Assembly (NCBI GenBank): GCA_031426555.1
Contig: JANPLN010000065.1
Location: 1-64,000, forward strand
From: Bdellovibrionales bacterium
GTDB lineage: Bacteria > Bdellovibrionota > Bdellovibrionia > Bdellovibrionales > JAGQZY01
Length of the DNA stretch: 64,000 nt
Direction: 5' to 3'
The translations under genes were made by a program, and so were the position numbers. The notes beneath the pieces were generated by a model that was given only the letters and a program-made list of their open reading frames with translations, had not been told where the DNA came from and did not search any database. This document shows positions 28,136 through 37,398 of this stretch, one piece after another; the first letter of the stretch is position 1, and each line of letters starts with the position of its first letter.

Positions 28136-29092
28136 TCAATCGGGAAGTTCAACAAACATGATCAAATCAATATCACCGTCCCAAAAGCCCTCTGAATTAT
28201 AGATTTTAAGGGCACGGTCAGTTTCGAAAATGGATTTTTCCTCATCCCCAAATACTTTGTCCTTGGGAAGAAAGCCTGCGATCATGGCCACCGATTGAGA
28301 GTTGAGCGTCATTTCACTGGTGAAGAGGTTTTCGTCGTTCTCCTGAAGCTTTAGGCTTCCCCAACTTTTAACTTCGATGTGGAAGGACGTCGCATCATTC
28401 TTGAGGGGGTTTACCTGAAAATACAGGCCGATGCTTTTTGCAGACTCGCCACTTTTTTGACCTTTAAAAATACTTATCGGCAGACCATCAAGTTTATAGC
28501 GATTGGTAGATATGGATTTGAGTTCGGGACTTTTGCGTAAAACAGCCAGTCGCTTTTTTGAAACAATGCCCCCAAAACCATCCCCGTTGAAGGGACTGGC
28601 ATTGGTTTCTCGCTGAATTTCGCTCAGTAAGGCTCGGGAGACCTGATAAAAGGAAATTTGCAGGGAGGATTTGGCCACTGTCGCCCCTTGCGCAGGTGGA
28701 TCGTTAGCAACGCGAGCCGGGCGAGGCGCTTCCACAGCCACTTTCTCGGTTGAGGCCGCCTCGATCGGCTGAGCCTGTGGAGATTCTATGCCAGGCTCGA
28801 TAGCCGGCTTGTACGAAGACGGCGTCTGGGAGTCCTGGACATCCATTTGTTCGCTGGTTTGTTTAGTAATCGCAGCAACGACGTTGGTTCTTGGTTTTTT
28901 AGAAAGGGCGTAGTCGTACAAGACAAAAATAATAATGCCCACAAACAAAATTCCCAAAATGGGGTTTTGATTGGATAGCAACAAAGCAACAATGGACTTT
29001 CGCGGAGGAACAAAATTTTTCATATTGACGCCGCATTGGGCGCAATAAATATCCTCGGGCTGTTCGAAGTCGCATTTTGGACACTTTATCAT
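28136..29092 (-). CDS. Zinc-ribbon membrane-anchored hypothetical protein
   Basis: CPKC...CAQC followed by one TM helix. Confidence 0.75.
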   Translation of the reverse strand: MIKCPKCDFEQPEDIYCAQCGVNMKNFVPPRKSIVALLLSNQNPILGILFVGIIIFVLYDYALSKKPRTNVVAAITKQTSEQMDVQDSQTPSSYKPAIEPGIESPQAQPIEAASTEKVAVEAPRPARVANDPPAQGATVAKSSLQISFYQVSRALLSEIQRETNASPFNGDGFGGIVSKKRLAVLRKSPELKSISTNRYKLDGLPISIFKGQKSGESAKSIGLYFQVNPLKNDATSFHIEVKSWGSLKLQENDENLFTSEMTLNSQSVAMIAGFLPKDKVFGDEEKSIFETDRALKIYNSEGFWDGDIDLIMFVELPD

Positions 29093-29207
29093 GAAAAATC
29101 CTTCTCAAAACAGACTAACATAGTGTTTTGTGATGAGCTAAAGAGAGTTGACGCTCCTCGCCTATGGTCTAACTGACTTCGACCCGTAGCGAGCGTAAAA
29201 TCACCGG

Positions 29208-30104
29208 ATGTCAGAATCAAATCTCCATGTCCCGGTCATGCTCAATGAAATCATCGAACTCTTCAATGCGGGCTCTCCTGAGCCGCGCAAACTGCTGGAT
29301 GGAACCTTCGGTCGCGGTGGGCATTCGTCGGCTTTGATGCAGCGATATCCCACTCTGCATGTTGTGGGCGTGGATCAGGATTTAACGGCCATCGACCACG
29401 GTCAAAAAGTGATCGAACCGCAGTTCCCCGGGCGCCTCACCATGTACCATGGAACTTTCGCCAAATTTACGGAACAGAATACCGATGAGTTTGATCTGAT
29501 ATTATTGGATTTAGGAGTGAGCTCGCCTCAACTGGATAACCCCGAACGGGGATTTAGTTTTTACCATAACGGTCCTTTGGATATGCGGATGAATCAAAAC
29601 CAAAAAATCTCGGCTGCCACCATGATCAATGAATGGGATGAAGAAGACCTGATTGATATTTTTAAAAATTACGGCGAGGTTCGCAGCCCTTACCGTGTGA
29701 TTCGCGCCATATTGTTTGATCGACAAACCAAGCCGTTTACCACAACTCATCAGCTGGCGGGATTGATCGAGCGCATCGAGGGCTGGCAAAAAAAAGGCAA
29801 GCACCCAGCGACGCAGTATTTTTTAGGCCTTCGCCTGCGAGTGAATCAGGAATTGGAGAGTGTACAGGACAGTTTGCCTCGCATGATCAGGTCTTTGGTC
29901 CCGGGTGGAGTGCTCGTCGTTATGACCTTTCACTCCTTAGAGGATCGAATTGCGAAAAATATCTTTAAGGATCACGAAGAATTCGGGTATCGTATTAATA
30001 AGAAGGTCATAGTGGCAAGTGACGAGGAGCAAAAGCTGAATCCTCGATCGCGAAGTGCGAAGCTGCGTGGATTTTTGCGGAGGCCGGATGAAAAACATGA
30101 ATGA
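29208..30104 (+). CDS. rsmH: 16S rRNA m4C1402 methyltransferase
   Basis: HVPVM, DGTFGRGGHS, DLGVSSPQLD, FHSLEDR, NPRSRSAKLR. Confidence 0.96.
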   Translation: MSESNLHVPVMLNEIIELFNAGSPEPRKLLDGTFGRGGHSSALMQRYPTLHVVGVDQDLTAIDHGQKVIEPQFPGRLTMYHGTFAKFTEQNTDEFDLILLDLGVSSPQLDNPERGFSFYHNGPLDMRMNQNQKISAATMINEWDEEDLIDIFKNYGEVRSPYRVIRAILFDRQTKPFTTTHQLAGLIERIEGWQKKGKHPATQYFLGLRLRVNQELESVQDSLPRMIRSLVPGGVLVVMTFHSLEDRIAKNIFKDHEEFGYRINKKVIVASDEEQKLNPRSRSAKLRGFLRRPDEKHE

Positions 30105-30384
30105 AAATATAAAGCCATTCTTGAGCGTATTTATTTTGCTTTTATCTTTATTCGCCATTGTTTACGTTAAAATGGAAAACCGCCGAATGGGCTATGCTTT
30201 GCTGGAGCTTGCCGAAAAAGAAAAACGCGCCACTCAAAGACAACAATTGAGCATGGTGAGCCTGGCGCGCATGACAAGCCCCGAGCGTGTGCGAAAGATC
30301 GCGACTACTCAACTCACATTTCAAAACGCAAAACAAGGACAAGTGATTCGGGTGGCTGGGCAAGGCACCGTCGCTGTAAAGTAA
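30088..30384 (+). CDS. ftsL: Cell division protein FtsL-like
   Basis: Between rsmH and ftsI; TM plus coiled coil plus SPERVRKIA; start 30088 or 30097. Confidence 0.75.
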   Translation: MKNMNENIKPFLSVFILLLSLFAIVYVKMENRRMGYALLELAEKEKRATQRQQLSMVSLARMTSPERVRKIATTQLTFQNAKQGQVIRVAGQGTVAVK

Positions 30385-30391
30385 GTAAACT

Positions 30392-32308
30392 ATGAAGCAT
30401 CGTTTATCCATACTGCTCATTTGGTTTTTTGCGATCTGGTCGCTTCTGGTTTTTCGCGGTTTACAAATTCAACTGTACCCCAGTCACAATTTAGATCTCG
30501 CAAGCCAAAAGCAGTATCAACGGATTGTGAAACTCTATTCCAAACGCGGAGATATTTTTGATCGCAATGGCCAGGAACTTGCGATCTCTGTGCCAGCTTT
30601 TTCGCTTTTTGCCGATCCATTGTTAATCAAAACGCCGCGCCGGTTGGCAAAAAAAATGTCGCAAATTTTACCGCTGTCACAAAAAAACATTTACAAAAAA
30701 TTGACTAAAAAGAATTCGCGCTTTGTGTGGATTCAGCGCTTGCTCGACGAAAACAGCAAAAAGAAAATCCTCGCGCTCAACGAAAAAGGTTTGGGATTTA
30801 AAGACGAGTTCAAACGAGTATATCCCAATAAAAATTTAATGGCCCACACCATTGGGTTTGTGGGTGCCGATGGTCACGGGCTTGAGGGCATCGAGGCTCG
30901 CTACGATGCCCGCCTGAGTGCTGAGGATAAAGTTATGAATCTTCCGAAAGATGCCCGCGGGCGATTTTTGGTGGAAGACGGTTGGCTTTTTATGCAAAAT
31001 CGCGATGGTGAGGACGTGTACCTTACGATCGATGCAGACCTTCAGTACTTTACCGAGCAGGAACTTAAAAAAGCCCTGGTGCACCATAATGCCGAAGCCG
31101 CGTGGGCCATAGTGATGAGTCCGAAAACTGGCGAGATCCTCACCATGGCGTCACTTCCCGACTTTGATATCAACAATGCCGGTGGCGCAAGTAAAGAATC
31201 TCGCCGCAATCGCATGACCACTGATATCTACGAGCCCGGTAGTACCATGAAAACTATGTTCTTAGCGGCGGCGCTTAAAAATGGAATCATTCAAGGCAAC
31301 TCAGTGATTGATACCTCCACGGGCCAAATCGAAATCGACAAACGAGTGATTCGCGAATCTGATGCCCATCATACCTACGAAAAACTTTCCACCACCGAAG
31401 TCCTAGCCAATTCATCCAACGTGGGAGTTTCTAAAATCGCGCTGAAGATGAAAGATAAGCAGATTTACGAAGAGTATAAAAAGTTTGGCTTTGGCGAAAA
31501 AACGGGAATCGATATTCTGGGAGAATCCAAAGGAATTTTTTTAACCCCTCCATGGCGCGATCATCACAAAGCCAATATTTCGTTTGGCCATGGGATCGCC
31601 GTGACAGCTTTGCAAATGGCCAACGCCTACGCCGCGATCGCCAACAAAGGCGTTTTGCAGAGGCCCATTCTTGTAAAATCGCAAAAAGAAATTCTCGACG
31701 CTAAAACAGTGCAAGAGCGCAACATGGGCCGAGTGCTCTCCGACAAAGAAGCCGGGAGAATCAAAATGATGCTCGTAGCAGCCACGGCCGAAACCGCAAC
31801 GGGAAAATCGGCCCGCGTGCGAGGATTTCCGGTCGCAGGCAAAACCGGCACGGCACAAAAGGTTGATCCCAATGGTCGCGGGTACTTAAAGGGACAATAC
31901 ATCTCGAGCTTCATCGGCTTTTTGCCAGCGAACGATCCAGAGTTTTTAATTTATGTGGTGGTAGATAATCCTCGCAACAATGGGTATTACGGTTCCGAAA
32001 CGGCAGCTCCCATTTTTGCAAGAATTGCCCACTACGCGATTAATAAACGCGGACTGGCGCCGGTGCAAATTGCCGAAGAGGATTTGATTAAGCCGCGCAC
32101 CGAAATTCACGAGGTTCTGCTTGGTACGGAGGGTGAGGCTTTTGTTCCCGATATGAAGGGCTGGGCTCTCCGCGATGTGCTCCGATATGTGCAAAAAGAA
32201 AAAGTCGACTTAAACCTGGTGGGTCGCAAGGGGCGCGTTGTCAAAACAGCTCCCGCTGTTGGCGAAATTTGGACGGATGACAAGAAACTCAAAGTCTACC
32301 TCGAGTAG
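30392..32308 (+). CDS. ftsI: PBP3 transpeptidase with C-terminal PASTA-like domain
   Basis: RGDIFDRNG, EPGSTMK, SSNVG, KTGTAQK. Confidence 0.95.
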   Translation: MKHRLSILLIWFFAIWSLLVFRGLQIQLYPSHNLDLASQKQYQRIVKLYSKRGDIFDRNGQELAISVPAFSLFADPLLIKTPRRLAKKMSQILPLSQKNIYKKLTKKNSRFVWIQRLLDENSKKKILALNEKGLGFKDEFKRVYPNKNLMAHTIGFVGADGHGLEGIEARYDARLSAEDKVMNLPKDARGRFLVEDGWLFMQNRDGEDVYLTIDADLQYFTEQELKKALVHHNAEAAWAIVMSPKTGEILTMASLPDFDINNAGGASKESRRNRMTTDIYEPGSTMKTMFLAAALKNGIIQGNSVIDTSTGQIEIDKRVIRESDAHHTYEKLSTTEVLANSSNVGVSKIALKMKDKQIYEEYKKFGFGEKTGIDILGESKGIFLTPPWRDHHKANISFGHGIAVTALQMANAYAAIANKGVLQRPILVKSQKEILDAKTVQERNMGRVLSDKEAGRIKMMLVAATAETATGKSARVRGFPVAGKTGTAQKVDPNGRGYLKGQYISSFIGFLPANDPEFLIYVVVDNPRNNGYYGSETAAPIFARIAHYAINKRGLAPVQIAEEDLIKPRTEIHEVLLGTEGEAFVPDMKGWALRDVLRYVQKEKVDLNLVGRKGRVVKTAPAVGEIWTDDKKLKVYLE

Positions 32309-32316
32309 GTACGGCG

Positions 32317-32485
32317 TTTTGGGATTCATTGCGTAAAAATAATCTCCCATTTTTTTAAAAGGGTTCTTTTTAAGACGCGTCCATCCCTGGACTCGCTCGC
32401 AGGACGAAACGTCCTGTTTGCGAGAGGTCTTAAAAAGAACCCTTTAAAAAAATAGGAGATTATTTTTACGCAATAAATCCCAAAA
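32317..32485 (+). repeat. Fold-back element copy 4 (arm type A)
   Basis: Arms 32317-32376 and 32427-32485 (2 mismatches, 1 bulge); core 32377-32426. Confidence 0.95.
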
Positions 32486-32500
32486 GTGTGCGGGTCGCAG

Positions 32501-33307
32501 CTAATGGGCTTTGATAAATTCGATGCCTTGATCGATTGATGAATAGCTAAATAAATAAACGGCGATGTGGCCCAAGAATGCTGCTCTGTAGGTTTTTACT
32601 TCGCGATTCTTTTTTTGCAGAGCTGCGGCCATCATATCCATTTGCTCGGGTTCGACAAGGCTGTCCCAGGAGCCGTGGTATAAAAATACGGGTGGGGAGT
32701 TTTCGCTCACTTGAAAAACTGGGGAGGCTTTTTCCCAGAGTTGTTGGTTTTCCGCGTAGGAGACGCCCAGAAATGTTTTTACAAGTGGAGAGTTGGGCCA
32801 AGCTGTAAGGTTAGCCGGCGTGCCGCCAGCAACAACAGCTTTTACGCCAAGGGTTCCGTCGAGGCTTGCGAGCAAGGCCAAGTGGGCACCTGAGGAGTAA
32901 CCCCATACGTAAAGTTTTTCGGGATCAACATTCAACGGAGCGGCGCTATGTTTGAGCCACGAAATAGCATCGCGTACATCGTCGACAGCCTTGGGATATA
33001 AATGTTCGGGAGCCAAGCGATAGGTAACGTTCATAACAACGAATCCCTCAGCGACCAGGTCTTTGCACAGACTTTCCATATCGCCACTGCGTTTTGCCCA
33101 CGATCCGCCGTGGACCACCACGACCGCTGGACGCCCGTTGCCGTTTTTAGGAACAAACAAATCGGCCTTTAACGAGACATTCCCTACGGTTTTAAAAACA
33201 ATTTCCTTTTGCACGTCGTAAGCTTGGGATGAAAATAAAGTGGCGCAACCAAAAAAAATGCCGGCAGTAAAAATAGCTGTTACTATAAAAATTCTTCTTT
33301 TCATCAT
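32501..33307 (-). CDS. Alpha/beta hydrolase (esterase/lipase-like), exported
   Basis: HGGSW, GYSSGAH nucleophile elbow, HGSWDSLV. Confidence 0.88.
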   Translation of the reverse strand: MMKRRIFIVTAIFTAGIFFGCATLFSSQAYDVQKEIVFKTVGNVSLKADLFVPKNGNGRPAVVVVHGGSWAKRSGDMESLCKDLVAEGFVVMNVTYRLAPEHLYPKAVDDVRDAISWLKHSAAPLNVDPEKLYVWGYSSGAHLALLASLDGTLGVKAVVAGGTPANLTAWPNSPLVKTFLGVSYAENQQLWEKASPVFQVSENSPPVFLYHGSWDSLVEPEQMDMMAAALQKKNREVKTYRAAFLGHIAVYLFSYSSIDQGIEFIKAH

Positions 33308-33927
33308 GCATCGTCCTCACAGTTATCTAAAAGTGATTGTACGGCCCAGCCCACGGCATCGCTCATAGCTTCGCCGGAGTAGCCAAAATCCTCGCGGAGA
33401 TCGTACCATATTTTGGCATTCACCAAACACGTCACCAGTGCGAGTCGCTTCTGCATCTGCGACGTGACGTGCAATTTTTTTTCCGCAGCAATGCGAGCAA
33501 TCATCAGTTGTGTTAATTTTTTACGAAACAAAACACGTGTCTCTTGCCCAAAGGGTGATAAGACATAGGCCATGGTCAATGATTCGTGTTGGTCAAAAAG
33601 TTTAAATGCGTTGATGGCAAAGCCCACAAAATGCAAGGTTTCCATTTGCTGAGTGCTGGATTGCAAAAACCCAAGCAGGTAGTTATCCATGGCATCGTGC
33701 AAAGTTTTTTTGTCTTTAAAAAAACGAAAGATAGTTCGCTGCGCAATGCCAATTTTTTTGGCCACATCCTGCAATTGGACCTCGCCGCCTCTTCTTTCCA
33801 CAAGAAGTGATATAAATGCCTCGATAATCGCTTTTTGCGTTTGGGCGGATTTCTCACTGCGTGAAGTATTGTTGTATTTCCGTTTAGATACGGGTGTTTT
33901 TTTTACTTTTTTCCTGATCTGAGCCAT
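33304..33927 (-). CDS. TetR-family regulator
   Basis: HTH LQDVAKKIGIAQRTIFRFFKDK. Confidence 0.92.
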   Translation of the reverse strand: MAQIRKKVKKTPVSKRKYNNTSRSEKSAQTQKAIIEAFISLLVERRGGEVQLQDVAKKIGIAQRTIFRFFKDKKTLHDAMDNYLLGFLQSSTQQMETLHFVGFAINAFKLFDQHESLTMAYVLSPFGQETRVLFRKKLTQLMIARIAAEKKLHVTSQMQKRLALVTCLVNAKIWYDLREDFGYSGEAMSDAVGWAVQSLLDNCEDDA

Positions 33928-33965
33928 AAGTTATTTTGCACTTCCCAATTTAAAAAATCAATGAT

Positions 33966-33990
33966 TTAATGTCATACTGTGTGACATTAA
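33966..33990. promoter_or_regulatory. Putative TetR operator
   Basis: TTAATGTCA-N7-TGACATTAA in the divergent intergenic gap. Confidence 0.7.
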
Positions 33991-34008
33991 TACAAAAAGG
34001 ATTTAGCC

Positions 34009-35280
34009 ATGAAAATCGCAGTTGTTGGCTCGGGAATCAGTGGAATAGGCGCGGCTTGGCTCTTGTCGAAACAGCATGAAGTGCATCTTTTTGAGGCGGA
34101 ATCGCGCTTGGGCGGACACGCGCACACGGTTGTTGTGAACGAAGCGCAAAATAGTATTCCCATGGATACAGGCTTTTTAGTTTACAACGAACTCACGTAC
34201 CCCCATCTGACCCAGTTTTTTAAACATCTTAATGTGGAGACCATGGACTCCAGCATGTCGCTTTCCGTTCAGGTGCCGCAAAAAAACTTAGAGTGGAGCG
34301 GTGGAAACTTAAATACCATTTTTGGACAACGACGGAATCTTTTTAAACTCAGTTTTTACAAAATGCTTTTAGAGATCCTGCGCTTTGGGCGAGAAGCCGA
34401 GTCCAACCGGCAGGCAGCACTTCGTCACGCGTGGACCCTGGGCGATATGCTACAAGCGAGAAAGTATTCTGAAGCTTTTAAATCCGACTATCTGCTGCCC
34501 ATTGGAGCGGCGATCTGGTCCACGCCTGAACAAAAGATGTTGGAGTTCCCAGCGTCCACATTTTTAACTTTTTTTATCAATCATAAGCTTTTACAAGTTA
34601 ACGGTCGTCCGATTTGGCGTACAGTCAAGAACGGCAGCGTGGAGTATGTTAAAAAAGCGGCCGCAGCAATTCAACACATCCATTTATCATCAGCGGTTGT
34701 AGAAGTGCGACGCGCACAAAATAAAGTTTTTTTAAAAACTTCGAAAGAGGCCTTCGAGTTTGATGCCGTTGTGCTCGCAACCCACGCGCCGATCACAGCG
34801 AAAATCCTCAAGGACCAATCGCCAGAGGAACAGAGTGTACTAAAGGCGATTTCCTACGAGGGCAATAAAGCGTTCCTCCACAACCAAGAGGAAGCCATGC
34901 CCAAGGCCAAGCGCTGCTGGTCCGCCTGGAACGTGTATGGCGAAATGAACGCGGATGCTCAGACTGCAAATCAGAAAGTATCGTTAACGTACCACTTAAA
35001 CGAGTTGCAAAAGCTTCCCACGAAAACAAATTACTTTTTAACTCTGAACCCCACAAAAAAAATAAATAATTCGCAGGGTGAAATCGAATACGCCCATCCG
35101 CAGTTTAATCAAACCGCCATTCGCGCACAACGGGCACTGCCTTCGATACAAGGTCAGGGCGGAGTGTACTTTGCAGGGGCATGGACGCGCTACGGGTTTC
35201 ATGAGGACGGCTTACTGAGCGCGGTCAATGTGGCAGAGCTCCTTGGTGCTACCATTCCCTGGGCGGTGAAAAATGAATAA
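34009..35280 (+). CDS. FAD-dependent oxidoreductase, amine oxidase-like (UfaD-like)
   Basis: GSGISG Rossmann motif, RLGGHAHT, DTGFLVYN, GFHEDG. Confidence 0.9.
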   Translation: MKIAVVGSGISGIGAAWLLSKQHEVHLFEAESRLGGHAHTVVVNEAQNSIPMDTGFLVYNELTYPHLTQFFKHLNVETMDSSMSLSVQVPQKNLEWSGGNLNTIFGQRRNLFKLSFYKMLLEILRFGREAESNRQAALRHAWTLGDMLQARKYSEAFKSDYLLPIGAAIWSTPEQKMLEFPASTFLTFFINHKLLQVNGRPIWRTVKNGSVEYVKKAAAAIQHIHLSSAVVEVRRAQNKVFLKTSKEAFEFDAVVLATHAPITAKILKDQSPEEQSVLKAISYEGNKAFLHNQEEAMPKAKRCWSAWNVYGEMNADAQTANQKVSLTYHLNELQKLPTKTNYFLTLNPTKKINNSQGEIEYAHPQFNQTAIRAQRALPSIQGQGGVYFAGAWTRYGFHEDGLLSAVNVAELLGATIPWAVKNE

Positions 35281-36022
35281 TCTGCAATTGAGCCAAGGAT
35301 TTGTCTATCACAGCCGGCGCGAAGGTGCGAAGACAGCCTTTCGTTATCCTACGTTTTTTGCTTTTTTCAATTGCGATAACGAACAGGGATTTTTAAAAGT
35401 CTTGCGCCAAAATTTTTATGGTTTGCTGTCGTTTAAAAGCAAAGACTATTTACAACAAAAATCCGCTCCGGTGAGCGCCACCGTAAAAGATTTTTTAAAA
35501 GAAAAATGTAACTACCAGCCAGAGCAGGTTTGGCTCTACTCTATGCCACGAATGTTTGGTTATGCGTTTAACCCTGTGAGTTTTTGGTGTTGTTATAAAA
35601 ATTCACGGTTAGATGCGATCCTTGTCGAGGTTCATAATACGTTTGGAGAGCGCCACTTTTATTGGATTCACCCCGAAAAAGGCATACAGGCTACCGAGTG
35701 GTACAGATCGGAAAAGAATTTCCATGTTTCGCCATTTTTCCCTGTGGACGGGTTTTATAAATTTCGCTTTGATTTTTTGTCCAACAGGATAAAAATCTAC
35801 ATTAACTATTACAATCCCGACGGATCTGTTCGCTTGGTAACTTGGGTTGATGGAGAATTAACTTCTTTAGAAAGCCATTCTTTTTTCCCTCTGTTATTTA
35901 AATATGGCTGGATCACGCCGCTGGTTGTTTTGCGTATTCATTATCAAGCTTTCAAATTATGGCTTCGTAAAAGCCGCTTTTATTCTAAACCGCTACCACC
36001 TCAAAAGGAGATTACAAAATGA
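35273..36022 (+). CDS. DUF1365 family protein (UfaO-like)
   Basis: PRMFGYAFNPVSF, EVHNTFGERH, FHVSPF, IHYQA. Confidence 0.9.
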   Translation: MNNLQLSQGFVYHSRREGAKTAFRYPTFFAFFNCDNEQGFLKVLRQNFYGLLSFKSKDYLQQKSAPVSATVKDFLKEKCNYQPEQVWLYSMPRMFGYAFNPVSFWCCYKNSRLDAILVEVHNTFGERHFYWIHPEKGIQATEWYRSEKNFHVSPFFPVDGFYKFRFDFLSNRIKIYINYYNPDGSVRLVTWVDGELTSLESHSFFPLLFKYGWITPLVVLRIHYQAFKLWLRKSRFYSKPLPPQKEITK

Positions 36023-37194
36023 AGACACCGTCATTCCGCGGACAAATGTTTCTGAAGGTTTTAAAAAATGCCAAACACGGAACCCTCGAATTGATTCTAC
36101 CTGACGGCACCCGCGATCGATACGGCGAGGGAGCCCCACAGATTCAGGTGCATTTAAAAAACTGGAAAGCGCTGGATTTGCTTTTTAGCAAAGGCGATAT
36201 TGGTTTAGCCGAGGCCATTGTGGACGACCTCATGGTGGTTGATGATGTGGCGGCGCTTGTTGAGTGGGCGTGTCGCAATGATCAGGATCTTGCCAAGGTG
36301 ATTTATGGCTCGTGGTATGGAACCATCGCTTCAAAGATTCATCACTTTCTCAATCGCAACAACCGCAAAGGGGCGCAAAAAAATATCATGGCCCATTACG
36401 ACCTCGGCAACGAATTTTATAGTTTGTGGCTCGATGAATCCATGACTTACTCGTCGGCGATATTTAAAACCCCAACACAGAGTTTAGCCGATGCACAAAA
36501 CCAAAAGTACGATCACATTATCGATTCCTTAGAAATAAAATCTGGAGACCATCTCCTCGAAATCGGCTGTGGCTGGGGCGGTTTTTTTAGTCGCGCCATC
36601 GAACGCACGGGCTGCAAGGTGACAGCGGTTGCAAATTCGCCTGAGCAAATTCGCTACAATCAGGCAAAAATCGAAAAACAAAACATGAAAGATCATGTGC
36701 AAGTTTTGCAGCAGGATTATCGCGACATATCGGGGCGCTTTGACAAAGTGATCTCCATCGAAATGATCGAAGCGGTGGGAGAACAATATTGGAATGCGTT
36801 TTTCTCAAAAATGCGAGCGTCGTTGAAAGAAAAAGGCAAAGCCGCCATTCAGGGCATTACCATTCGCGAAGATCTGTTTTACTCCTACAAAAAAGGAACG
36901 GACTTTATTCAACAATCGGTATTTCCAGGAGGTATGCTGTTGACGGACAAAGCTGTATCTCAGGCCAGTGAGCAAAATGGCTTGGTGGTTTACGGCTCCC
37001 ATGAGTTCGGTTTGGATTACGCGCGAACCCTCAAGCTGTGGCGGGAGAATTTTAACAAAGCGCTCCCGCATGTTCGCGCCATGGGCTTTGACGATCGCTT
37101 TATTCGCCTGTGGAATTTGTACTTGGCATATTGCGAAGGCGCCTTTCGCGCGCAACGAATTAGCGTCAGCCAATACTGGCTCGTCCCCGTTTAA
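36019..37194 (+). CDS. cfa: Cyclopropane-fatty-acyl-phospholipid synthase family methyltransferase
   Basis: HYDLGNEFY, MTYSSA, LEIGCGWG, SIEMIEAVG, YLAYCEG. Confidence 0.9.
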   Translation: MKTPSFRGQMFLKVLKNAKHGTLELILPDGTRDRYGEGAPQIQVHLKNWKALDLLFSKGDIGLAEAIVDDLMVVDDVAALVEWACRNDQDLAKVIYGSWYGTIASKIHHFLNRNNRKGAQKNIMAHYDLGNEFYSLWLDESMTYSSAIFKTPTQSLADAQNQKYDHIIDSLEIKSGDHLLEIGCGWGGFFSRAIERTGCKVTAVANSPEQIRYNQAKIEKQNMKDHVQVLQQDYRDISGRFDKVISIEMIEAVGEQYWNAFFSKMRASLKEKGKAAIQGITIREDLFYSYKKGTDFIQQSVFPGGMLLTDKAVSQASEQNGLVVYGSHEFGLDYARTLKLWRENFNKALPHVRAMGFDDRFIRLWNLYLAYCEGAFRAQRISVSQYWLVPV

Positions 37195-37226
37195 TTGCCG
37201 ACACTGTATTAGATAAAGTACGGACA

Positions 37227-37398
37227 CACTTTTGGGACTCATTGCATAAAAATAATCGCCCATTTTTTAAAGGGTTCTTTTTAAGACGCGTCCATCCCTG
37301 GACTCGCTCGCAGGACGAAACATTCTGTTTGCGAGAGGTCTTAAAAAGAACCCTTTAAAAAATGGGCGATTATTTTTATGCAATGAGTCCCAAAAGTG
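37227..37398 (+). repeat. Fold-back element copy 5 (arm type A, perfect 61-bp arms)
   Basis: 37227-37287 is the exact reverse complement of 37338-37398; core 37288-37337. Confidence 0.96.

Noticed and set aside
32400..32416. CAGGACG-AAA-CGTCCTG as the conserved core hairpin
   Set aside because: Perfect in only one copy and broken in copies 1, 3 and 5; AAAC-N5-GTTT is kept in all.
32377..32426. Hammerhead ribozyme suggested by GGACGAAAC in the repeat core
   Set aside because: No CUGANGA catalytic segment on either strand.
1221..37398. Repeats as CRISPR array, integron attC sites or classical MITEs
   Set aside because: Dispersed rather than arrayed; no cas, integrase or transposase; ends vary while the centre is conserved; no target-site duplication seen.
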